In this document: in pieces, positions 1-8,080 of the stretch | How positions within the stretch are numbered: position 1 is the stretch's first letter | Layout: each line of letters starts with the position of its first letter | From: Spirochaetales bacterium | GTDB taxonomy: Bacteria; Spirochaetota; Spirochaetia; JABEVK01 | Length of the DNA: 47,193 nt | Assembly (NCBI GenBank): GCA_037142615.1 | Contig: JBAXAI010000029.1 | Coordinates: 1-47,193 of the forward strand | Reading direction: 5' to 3' | Position numbers and translations under genes: made by a program | The notes under the pieces: model-generated | The model's input: only the letters and a program-made list of their open reading frames with translations | The model's database searches: none | What the model was told of the DNA's origin: nothing

Positions 1-126
1 GGACATCAGACCAAATTGCTTAGGTCACTGTCCAGCCTCTGGGGGCCATCATACTTGGTGCCCCACGACGACAAGGTCAACAACTGGAAGAACCGCCGCG
101 TCGAGTTCGTCCTGTCCAAGCTTTAG
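1..126 (+). CDS. 3' end of an OmpA-family (peptidoglycan-binding domain) protein, partial
   Basis: Frame 1 reads ...LVPHDDKVNNWKNRRVEFVLSKL*; NRRVEF is the OmpA C-terminal motif. The first ~55 nt do not look OmpA-like. Confidence 0.6.
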   Translation, partial: GHQTKLLRSLSSLWGPSYLVPHDDKVNNWKNRRVEFVLSKL

Positions 127-135
127 GAGGATCCT

Positions 136-3100
136 ATGAACCTAACAATCCGCAATCCAAAGGCCCCCTGGGGCCCGGCCCTGCTTAGCCTCTTCGCTCT
201 GCTTCTGAGCGCCTGCAATTCCCCATACCTGCCTTCGGAAACCGTGCTCAAAAACACCGGACCGGCGGCCGTTACCTCGGGCGCCCTCGCCGGCATCGCC
301 GCTCCCGTGGTGGGCGGCACCCCGGAAGCCAGCATCACGCCCACCGACCAGTACACGGGCACCATCACCTGGTCGCCAGCGGACGCCACCTACGGAAACT
401 CGGTCGCTTACACCGCAACCATCAAGTTGACCGCCAAACCGGGGTTCACCCTCGACGGGGTTACGGCCTCGGCCTTCAGCATTCCCGGCGCAACCTCGGT
501 GACCTATGACCCCGCGACGGGGCTGGTAACCGCCGTGTTCCCGGCAACCTCGGCACCACCCCCGACCCAAGGACTGACGGCCCCGGTCGTTGGCGGTTTG
601 CCGGCCACCACCATCACGCCGACCACGCAATATACCGGTGCCATTACCTGGGCACCGGTTGTCAGCGGCAACTTTGTGGGGACCACGGCCTACACCGCCT
701 CCATCGTGTTGACCGCTCAACCAGGCCAAACCCTCGCCGGACTCTCGAGCACGTCGTTTGACATTCCCGGTGCCAGTTCGGTCACCTACGATGCTGCAAC
801 CGGCGTGGTCACCGCGGTGTTCCCGCCTACCCTGGCCCCAGTTGTCAGTAATCTCCCTAGCCTCGCCGGTGTTCCCGCGCCGGTAGTCGGTGCCGTTCCT
901 CCAGCCACCATCACACCGACCGCGCAGTATACGGGTGCTATCGCCTGGTCGGGGTCGCCTGCGAACTTTGCCGGTACCACATCTTACACGGCAACTATTA
1001 CTCTCACCGCTGTGCCCGGTTTCACCCTGGACGGCCTCGGCGCGAGCTTCTTTACCATACCAGGTGCGACCTCGGTCACCTTTGATCCCGCTACCGGTGT
1101 GGTAACAGCAGTGTTCCCGGCCACTGCCGCCCCCGCAGTCATCACTATCGCCGCCATTCCTGGCGTAACGGTCCCGCTCCCCGGTGCGGTTCCTGCGACG
1201 ACGATTACCCCGACGGCACAATATACGGGTACTATCGCCTGGTCGGGCTCGCCGGCAACCTTTGCCAATTACACCATTTACACGGCGACCATCACCCTGA
1301 CGGCCAAGCCCGGCTTCACCTTGACAGGCGTAACGGCGGACTTGTTCACCGTGGCAGGCTCGACGACCGATACCAACCCGATCAACTCCGGCGTGGTGAC
1401 CGTAGTTTTCCCGCAGACGGTGGCGGCGGTTGTCAGCCTTGCGGCGATTCCGGGCTTAACCGTGCCGGTGGCGTTGGCTGTTCCAGACACAACGATCGAC
1501 GCCAATGCCCAATACACCGCTGCGGTGGTCTGGTCTCCTTCTCCGGCCAACTTCGCAAACTCCACGACCTACACCGCGACCATCACTCTGACCGCCAAGG
1601 CGGGTTATACCCTGACCGGCGTAGGTGCCAACTTCTTCACCGTCTCGGGCGCCACTTCCGCGACCAACAACGCCAACTCCGGCGTGGTGGTGGCGGTGTT
1701 CCCTGCCACGGCGGCACCGGCGGCTATCTTCAGTCCGGCCATCCCCGGGGTCGATGTCCCGACAACTGGCTATACGATGGTTGTGACGAATACGTCGACA
1801 AGCCAGTTTACCAGATCCGTTGTTTGGGCACCGACTGGTTCGAACTTTGCCGCGACTACAGTTTACACGGCAACCATTACGGTAACACCAAAAACAGGCT
1901 ATACCCTTACCGGCGTGGCTGCCAATTTCTTCACGGTAGCCGGAGCGACAACAGTGACCCACAGCGCCGGTTCCGGCGTAGTAACCGCTGTGTTTCCAGC
2001 TACAGGCGCAATCCCCATTACCGCCGCGAGTGTCACCGGCTTTGTCGCACCGGTCATCGGTGTAACGCCCCAAGCGATTGGGTCATTGACCACCGGAGCC
2101 GCCAGCTACACAAAGACAAGCATTACTTGGAGTCCGACGAGCAGTCCGTATGCGAGCGGGACGGTGTATACCGCCACCGTAGTCCTAACCTCCGCAGCCG
2201 GATATAAATTCAACGCCTTAACACCTACGGTAAACACCGGCGCAGCATCGGCTGGAACGGTGGGCGGCGGTGATGTCTCGGGCAACACGCTCAGCTTCAC
2301 CGTCACTTTCCCGGCAACGGATACGACGATCAATCTGGCGGCTATTCCCGGAGTAACCGTTCCCAGAGGCGGACAAACCGCGTATACAACGATTGACGTT
2401 AACGCCCAATACACCGGCAGCATTGCCTGGTCTGGTTCGCCGGCGACTTTTTCGATGGCGACGATCTATACGGCAACCATCACTCTCACCCCCAAGGCTG
2501 GATATACTCTGACGGGCGTGGCAGGCGACTTGTTTACGGTATCGGGTTCAACTTCGGATACCAACAGTGCCGGTTCGGGCGTGGTGACCGCCGTGTTCCC
2601 TGCAACCAAGGCGTACGTTACCTATCATGCGGGTACGGGAAATACATCGGGAACGGTACCGGTTGACGGAACCGGATACACCTCAGGCTCGACGGTTACC
2701 GTGTTGGGGAATCCCGGAACTTTGAAGGGATCTCTGGTTTGGGGTTCGACCTACCAGACATTTGTCGGATGGAATACTCAAGCCAACGGCTCGGGAACTC
2801 AATACACTGGAGTTGACTCCGCCAATGTTGCGTGTGCCACAACATTCACCATAACGACGTCAATCGACCTATACGCACAATACACAGCCTTGAGGCTTAC
2901 GGGCCCAGGAAACGGACTGATCTTCTACGACAACGGATCTACTGCGGGTTGGGGCAGATATCTGGAGTCTTGGACGAGCGATGACGCCGCAGGCAATGTA
3001 ATTTGGTCCAATGGAAGTAATTTGGCTACGTCGACAGCAATAGGAAGCGGCTCCGCTAATACAGCTCTTATGTCCGGAACGGGAACTTCTGCTGCGGCTA

Positions 3101-3348
3101 CGGCTGTCTTGGCCTTTTCGAATGGCAGTGCTTCTGCAGGTAGTTGGTTTATTCCATCAAAGGACGAGCTCCTTGCCATGTACAACAATCTCAGCCGCTT
3201 TAGTGTTGGTGGCCCCTGGACTTGGACTTGGTCATCGTCGCAGTTCACTGCATCAGATGCCTATGACATGTCCATGAGTGATGCAAATTCAAATTCTCAT
3301 GCGAAAAACTACGTCGGTATCAAAGTTCGTGCAGTTCATGCGTTCTAG
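136..3348 (+). CDS. Large surface lipoprotein (1070 aa): 8 tandem ~95-aa Ig-like stalk repeats, a Listeria-Bacteroides (InlB B)-like repeat and a C-terminal DUF1566/C-type-lectin-like head
   Basis: SD aggagg; lipobox LLSA-C; repeats QYTG.I.WS...YTATITLTAK.G.TL.G...GVVTAVFPAT; 'FVGWNTQANGSGTQY'; head 'WFIPSKDEL..MY...WSSSQ...VRAVHAF'. Confidence 0.85.
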   Translation: MNLTIRNPKAPWGPALLSLFALLLSACNSPYLPSETVLKNTGPAAVTSGALAGIAAPVVGGTPEASITPTDQYTGTITWSPADATYGNSVAYTATIKLTAKPGFTLDGVTASAFSIPGATSVTYDPATGLVTAVFPATSAPPPTQGLTAPVVGGLPATTITPTTQYTGAITWAPVVSGNFVGTTAYTASIVLTAQPGQTLAGLSSTSFDIPGASSVTYDAATGVVTAVFPPTLAPVVSNLPSLAGVPAPVVGAVPPATITPTAQYTGAIAWSGSPANFAGTTSYTATITLTAVPGFTLDGLGASFFTIPGATSVTFDPATGVVTAVFPATAAPAVITIAAIPGVTVPLPGAVPATTITPTAQYTGTIAWSGSPATFANYTIYTATITLTAKPGFTLTGVTADLFTVAGSTTDTNPINSGVVTVVFPQTVAAVVSLAAIPGLTVPVALAVPDTTIDANAQYTAAVVWSPSPANFANSTTYTATITLTAKAGYTLTGVGANFFTVSGATSATNNANSGVVVAVFPATAAPAAIFSPAIPGVDVPTTGYTMVVTNTSTSQFTRSVVWAPTGSNFAATTVYTATITVTPKTGYTLTGVAANFFTVAGATTVTHSAGSGVVTAVFPATGAIPITAASVTGFVAPVIGVTPQAIGSLTTGAASYTKTSITWSPTSSPYASGTVYTATVVLTSAAGYKFNALTPTVNTGAASAGTVGGGDVSGNTLSFTVTFPATDTTINLAAIPGVTVPRGGQTAYTTIDVNAQYTGSIAWSGSPATFSMATIYTATITLTPKAGYTLTGVAGDLFTVSGSTSDTNSAGSGVVTAVFPATKAYVTYHAGTGNTSGTVPVDGTGYTSGSTVTVLGNPGTLKGSLVWGSTYQTFVGWNTQANGSGTQYTGVDSANVACATTFTITTSIDLYAQYTALRLTGPGNGLIFYDNGSTAGWGRYLESWTSDDAAGNVIWSNGSNLATSTAIGSGSANTALMSGTGTSAAATAVLAFSNGSASAGSWFIPSKDELLAMYNNLSRFSVGGPWTWTWSSSQFTASDAYDMSMSDANSNSHAKNYVGIKVRAVHAF

Positions 3349-3359
3349 CTGATCGACTT

Positions 3360-3405
3360 CCCCGGGGCCTCCTGTCCATGAGGACAGTAATCTCCGGGGC
3401 TTTTT
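3360..3405 (+). terminator. Probable intrinsic terminator hairpin
   Basis: ccccgggg..ctgtcc-atga-ggacag..ctccgggg followed by cttttt, just after the stop at 3348. Confidence 0.5.
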
Positions 3406-3436
3406 CCGGTTCCTAAGCTTACAAATGGAGGATTCC

Positions 3437-4012
3437 ATGAGAACAATTCGAACCGCATTACTGGCGCTTTTGTGCGCCGGAATGATGGGCACTGCTTGCG
3501 GGCAGAACTCAATTTCGTTAGGCCGCTGGGACGCGGGTGCTTCCGGCGGGGCGGTACTCTATGGGGACGTCGTCGGCCTCAATGGCATGGTCGAAACGCG
3601 GGTCTATCTCCTTAAAACGGATTTTGACTTCGATGCGTTTGCCGGAGCGGGCGTGATGTACCAGTACGCCGCAGGGGACAACCACAGTATGGCGAACCTC
3701 TACGGTTCTGTTCTCGGAGGCGGCGATTGGTTTTTCCTGCGGGAAAGAGTTCCCGCCCTTGAGACCCTGGCTCTGCGAGCCCAACTGGCTTTGGGCGGCG
3801 GCTACACCTCGGACAAAAACACCGACGGCACCGTTGCCGGGCACGGAGGCTACCTTGTGCATCCCGCCCTTGGCGCCGACTACGGCTTCGGAAGAATCCA
3901 CGCGAGCCTCCTGTTCGGCTACGAGGTGATCGCCTCCGGCGGAACGGTGATGACCGCCCCGACCCTCGGCGCCGGTATCAGCTACAGCCTTTCCGACAGG
4001 AGCGAAAAATGA
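3437..4012 (+). CDS. Small outer-membrane beta-barrel protein
   Basis: SD ggagga before ATG 3437; signal peptide; Gly/aromatic alternating strands; C-terminal LGAGISYSL; ATGA overlap with the next gene. Confidence 0.7.
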   Translation: MRTIRTALLALLCAGMMGTACGQNSISLGRWDAGASGGAVLYGDVVGLNGMVETRVYLLKTDFDFDAFAGAGVMYQYAAGDNHSMANLYGSVLGGGDWFFLRERVPALETLALRAQLALGGGYTSDKNTDGTVAGHGGYLVHPALGADYGFGRIHASLLFGYEVIASGGTVMTAPTLGAGISYSLSDRSEK

Positions 4013-5946
4013 AACGCCTCGTTGTTGCCTTCTTCGTGTTCGTAACTTTGATTTTCTCCGGCTGTTCGAACTTCAATCTCGCAGGAGACGTCATCAATCC
4101 TTTGGCCCAAGACGCGGGAGGGGAGGTCATCTCCATCCCGTCGATACCAGGCATAACGCCCCCCGCCATGGGAGAAGCGCCCATCACCGCCATCACCGAA
4201 ACAGCCCAGTACACCGGCGCGGTGACCTGGTCGCCCGCCGACACGGCCTTTTCTGCGTCCACGACGTACACGGCAACCATCACGCTGACGGCCAAACCTG
4301 GCTTCACCCTGACAGGACTGACAGCCGCCTCGTTTACCATTCCGGGTGCCAACACGGTGACGTTCGACCCTGCCACCGGTGTGGTGACGGCAGTGTTCCC
4401 GGCGACTGGTGCAACGCCCCCCACGGTAATCAGCATTGCAGCAATACCGGGTGTCACGGCACCGGCACTTGGCGCGACGCCGGTAACCGCGATCACCGAG
4501 ACCGCCCAGTACACTGGAACCGTAGCGTGGTCAGGTACGCCGGTATCCTTTTCCGGGTCTACCGCCTACACAGCAACAATTTCTCTCACGGCCAAATCGG
4601 GCTACACCCTGACTGGCATTGCAGCAGACTTTTTTACCGTTGCCAGCGCGACCTCGGATACCAATAGTGCTGGATCGGGCGTGGTCACGGCCGTTTTCGC
4701 GGCGATACCCACAATCGAAACCTTCCTTCTCGGAACGGTGGCAACGGACACGAACTATTCCGCTGTCAGCGTTGACTCGAGCGGCAACCGGTATGTGGTT
4801 GGATACACGAGCGGTATTTTGGGTGGCCAACCCAGTGTTAGCGGAACATCCGATGTGGTTGTAGCCAAATACAACGCATCAGGAACCTTACAGTGGACCA
4901 AGCTTTCCGGTGCTGCCGATACAGGGTCTTCCTATGGTACAGCAATTGCCATAGATTCGAGCGGCAACAGTTACGTTACTGGCAACACAACTGGCAATTT
5001 GGATGGGCAAACCTATAGTGGTGGAATCCATGCTTTCATCATTAAGCGGGATGTTGATGGAGTGTGGCAATGGACAAAACTTCTGGGAGCAGTCGGTGGT
5101 TTTTCGACCAGGGGAAAAGGTATAGCAGTTGACCCAACTGGCAACATCTATGTTACGGGTTACACTAATAGAACAATGGATGCTGTGCCGAAGATCGGTG
5201 ACCAGGATGCATTTGTCACCAAATATAACGCAGCCGGCATGCGGCAGTGGACCAAGCTGATTGGAGTTGCAGCCTCGACAATCTATGGAAACGCCCTCGC
5301 AGTCGATACGGCCGGAAACTCATACATCGCTGGAGGCAGCCCCGTATCGATCGATGGCCAATCGGTTACTGGAGCTCGAGATGTCTTGGTGACAAAGTAC
5401 GACACAGCTGGGGTATTGAAATGGACGCGACTGCTTGGAGAAGCGGGTGCTGATGCACAAGGCTTAGGCATTACAGTTGACAATAGCGGTTTCTGCTATG
5501 TGACCGGAGCTACCACTGGAGGTCTTGATGGACTGCCTAATACCGGAACCTCGGACTTTCTGGTGGCAAAGTTCTCCGACCTAGGCGTTAAGCAGTGGAG
5601 CAGGATACTCGGGGTTGCTGGGGCCGAGACATGGGGCTATGGAATAGCGGTCGACACAAGCGGCAGCAGTTATGTTACGGGAGATACCGGTGGAGATCTC
5701 GATGGCCAAACCAAACCCGGCTCTACCGGGACCTATGTGACAAAATATAACGCCACCGGTACCAAGCAGTGGACCAAGCTTCTGGGTACAGCCAATGGCG
5801 TGACCCTCGGCCAGGGGATCGCCATTGATTCCAGCGGCAAAGTTCATGTCGTAGGTTCTATGGGAGGGGGAGGCGCAACAACACTTGACGGACAAAGCCT
5901 AATAGGCGCATCGGATGGTTTCCTCACCACCAGGTTCAATTACTAG
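4009..5946 (+). CDS. Surface lipoprotein: 2 stalk repeats (same family as 136..3348) plus a 7-bladed SBBP-type beta-propeller
   Basis: Lipobox IFSG-C; seven blades of the form G.GIAVD.SGN.YVTG.T...D.FV.KY...G..QWTKL.G. Confidence 0.85.
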   Translation: MKRLVVAFFVFVTLIFSGCSNFNLAGDVINPLAQDAGGEVISIPSIPGITPPAMGEAPITAITETAQYTGAVTWSPADTAFSASTTYTATITLTAKPGFTLTGLTAASFTIPGANTVTFDPATGVVTAVFPATGATPPTVISIAAIPGVTAPALGATPVTAITETAQYTGTVAWSGTPVSFSGSTAYTATISLTAKSGYTLTGIAADFFTVASATSDTNSAGSGVVTAVFAAIPTIETFLLGTVATDTNYSAVSVDSSGNRYVVGYTSGILGGQPSVSGTSDVVVAKYNASGTLQWTKLSGAADTGSSYGTAIAIDSSGNSYVTGNTTGNLDGQTYSGGIHAFIIKRDVDGVWQWTKLLGAVGGFSTRGKGIAVDPTGNIYVTGYTNRTMDAVPKIGDQDAFVTKYNAAGMRQWTKLIGVAASTIYGNALAVDTAGNSYIAGGSPVSIDGQSVTGARDVLVTKYDTAGVLKWTRLLGEAGADAQGLGITVDNSGFCYVTGATTGGLDGLPNTGTSDFLVAKFSDLGVKQWSRILGVAGAETWGYGIAVDTSGSSYVTGDTGGDLDGQTKPGSTGTYVTKYNATGTKQWTKLLGTANGVTLGQGIAIDSSGKVHVVGSMGGGGATTLDGQSLIGASDGFLTTRFNY

Positions 5947-6003
5947 AAGGTCGCAAGAGCGGTCTCGCACCCATGCGGTTGTTCGCTTGTCGCAGCGCCA
6001 TGA

Positions 6004-6116
6004 CCGCGTGAGGTGCCTGGCGGGCGGCGGCCAGCGGTCGACGGTTCTTTTCCGGAGTTAGGCTGAACAGCCGAACTCCGGAAAAAACGGAACCCCGCAA
6101 GGGACCGGCCACGCCG
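6004..6116. repeat. 113-bp long-hairpin repeat element, copy 1
   Basis: Gapless hand alignment to 7818..7930 gives 90/113 identity; core ttttccggagttaggct-gaac-agccgaactccggaaaa. Confidence 0.8.
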
Positions 6117-6178
6117 TCGGCGTGGACACGCCCTGTTGCACGTGGCGAAACATGACCTCTCGGCAGCGCAAGGCGGAC

Positions 6179-6207
6179 TTGAGGGACTTTGCCATTTCTG
6201 TTAACAT
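6179..6207 (+). promoter_or_regulatory. Sigma70-type promoter of the TA operon (likely leaderless)
   Basis: TTGAGG-N17-TAACAT with TGn extension; ATG 6 nt downstream; no SD. Confidence 0.55.
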
Positions 6208-6213
6208 TTTTCC

Positions 6214-6480
6214 ATGCAAGTTACCATCGACAAGTTGGGCCGAATTCTCGTTCCGAAAGCCCTCCGTGACCGGTATCACCTGACTGCGGGGACGCTGCTG
6301 AATTTGGAACCGGACAACAGGGGTGTTCAGTTCTCCGTGGTGCTCCCCAAGAGCACCCTTGTGGAAAAAGACGGGATCCTGATCCACCAGGGGAGCCAAG
6401 TGATCGACCTCGACGTGACCGCCTTCCTCAACCAGGAAAGGGAAAACCGGAATCTCGCCGCCTTGGGAAAGGACTCGTGA
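6214..6480 (+). CDS. AbrB/MazE/SpoVT-family antitoxin
   Basis: MQVTIDKLGRILVPKALRDRYHL..G..L looped-hinge motif; GTGA overlap with a PIN remnant. Confidence 0.85.
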   Translation: MQVTIDKLGRILVPKALRDRYHLTAGTLLNLEPDNRGVQFSVVLPKSTLVEKDGILIHQGSQVIDLDVTAFLNQERENRNLAALGKDS

Positions 6481-6673
6481 AAGTCCTTTTTGACACGTCG
6501 GTTCTCGTGCCGCTCTGGCCAAGGTTGTCGAAGGCGGTCTGACCAGCGGCATCATTGACGATGCTCTGCATGCGGTGGCTGCCGTGAAGGCCGGCTGTCA
6601 GCGCATCTACACCTACAACCTCAACCACTTCCGCCCCCTTTGCCCTGCCAACGTCCTGATTTCTGCACCTTGA
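6477..6673 (+). pseudogene. vapC: PIN-domain toxin with internal deletion and frameshift
   Basis: N-terminus MKVLFDTSVLVP joined out of frame to C-terminus ALAKVVEGGLTSGIIDDALHAVAAVKAGCQRIYTYNLNHF...; ~65 codons in total versus ~130-140 for a typical PIN toxin. Confidence 0.8.
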
Positions 6674-6738
6674 TCGGCAAAAACGTCAGAACCTCTGAGG
6701 CCATGGCGACGACTAAGGCGCATGGATACACTGGAACC

Positions 6739-6861
6739 ATGAGAGTCTTTTTCGTTCTGCTCAGCCTGGCGTCGCTTCTGACGGCCGGTGCGCAGCCTCT
6801 GGCAACCAGGAGGAGTGCGGTGAGACCAGGGAAAGCACGCTTCACGAGAGTTTCCACTTAA
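6739..6861 (+). pseudogene. Remnant of a secreted protein (signal peptide then early stop)
   Basis: MRVFFVLLSLASLLTAGA-Q signal peptide preceded by TACACT-N6-ATG; stops after 40 codons. Confidence 0.35.
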
Positions 6862-7187
6862 GTTCGAACTCGAAGGCGCGCAAACTGAAAAGTTCACTCG
6901 CGTCCGCCGCCGGTTGAGCACAGAGATCGTGGAGTACATCTTGTGACGATCTATGCCATGAAAGAGTTCCCTACCATCCTCCTGTAACCTGAAACCAGGT
7001 TTTTGGGGGATCGGATACCTTGATAGTCATAAATTCCATTCCACTATTCAGCATCACTGTTGGCGTGCTTTCTTATCGATACAAACAAGCAGCGCAAGAC
7101 CGACCAAACCTATCATGGGTTCAATCGGCAGATTGAACCGGGCGCAATGCGCCACAGAACTGGATTCCTTGTCCGCCGAATGCCATT

Positions 7188-7670
7188 TTGGAAACCGAAG
7201 GCCACATTGTAACCCGCTGGATCGACAACGGCGTGCATTGGGATGCCCCTGAATTCCGCACGCCAGAGCGCGTTTCGCTGCTGACCGATACCGTCAGACG
7301 CATCCACGCATTGCCGTCCAACGGCGCGGCTCTTTCTCCCTTCGACCGCGTCGCGCGCTTCGCGGACAAGGCCCGCAAGCTCGGCGAAACTCTGCCGCCC
7401 GAGATCAATGCCTGCATGACGGCCCTCGAACGCGGCCGCGAAAGGCAGCGGGCGGATACGTCGCCCTGGCTGGCCTTCTGCCACAACGACCTTGTCTGGG
7501 TGAATTATTTATACCGCTCGCACGACGACACCCTCAGGGTGCTCGATCGGGAGTTCTCGGGCATGGGCGACATCTATTACGACCTGGCGGCCATCGTGTA
7601 TACGCATGACAGCGAGGGAGCTATTCCTGACAACCTTGAAAATCTCATGCTGGAACGGTATTTTGGCGAG
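7188..7670 (+). pseudogene. Choline/ethanolamine kinase (APH-like phosphotransferase) fragment
   Basis: FCHNDL...N and LDREF.GMGD.YYDLA motifs; N-lobe missing; similarity ends at ERYFGE. Confidence 0.7.
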
Positions 7671-7781
7671 CCGACGGACTTTGTCGTCGATAACCCGGGG
7701 AGACAGCCTTCCCTCCCGGACCGCGGGAATCAGGTGTTCCCGTTTCATACACACCGCCCAGGGCATTTCGAGGTCGAGCAC
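7668..7781 (-). pseudogene. GH3 beta-glucosidase internal fragment
   Basis: LDLEMP...LIPAVREGRLSPRVIDDKVRRL resembles the end of the GH3 N-terminal domain. Confidence 0.6.
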
Positions 7782-7817
7782 CTCGGATAGCTCATTTGCC
7801 TGCTGACGTGGGATTCC

Positions 7818-7930
7818 CCGCGTGAGGCGGACGAAGGGTGGCGGCCATCGGCCGTCAGTTCTTTGCCGGAGTTAGGCCGTTCAGCCTATCTCCGGCAAAA
7901 ACGGAACCCCGGAGAAGGCCGGCCACGCCG
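7818..7930. repeat. 113-bp long-hairpin repeat element, copy 2 (same orientation as copy 1)
   Basis: Core tttgccggagttaggc-cgttca-gcctatctccggcaaa; compensatory changes relative to copy 1. Confidence 0.8.
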
Positions 7931-8077
7931 CTTCGCGGCTTAGGCCCACAGTTTCCGGGCGTCGCCCGAAAACTGTCCGCGGGTTTACCGTTGCGCCACC
8001 AGCTGAACGTGGCCAACGCCCGGCCACGCGGCCCCTGGCCGCTTAGGCCCGCAGGACTCGGGCAACCCGAGTCCTGC
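7921..8077. repeat. Cluster of short REP/BIME-like hairpins
   Basis: ggccac-[gccgc ttc gcggc]-ttaggccc; acagtttccgggc gtc gcccgaaaactgt; ggccac-[gcggcc cct ggccgc]-ttaggccc; gcaggactcggg caa cccgagtcctgc. Confidence 0.6.
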
Positions 8078-8080
8078 CCC

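Noticed and set aside
1-56. First ~55 nt do not resemble OmpA in any frame (possible insertion or chimeric contig end)
   Set aside because: Too short and at the window edge to interpret.
136-4710. Tandem ~285-bp repeats as CRISPR or non-coding repeats
   Set aside because: They are in-frame, diverged protein-domain repeats without a repeat-spacer structure.
6004-7930. Hairpin repeats as canonical integron attC sites
   Set aside because: GTTAGGC and its complement lie at the apex, not the base; I found no RYYYAAC...GTTRRRY arrangement and no integrase in the window.
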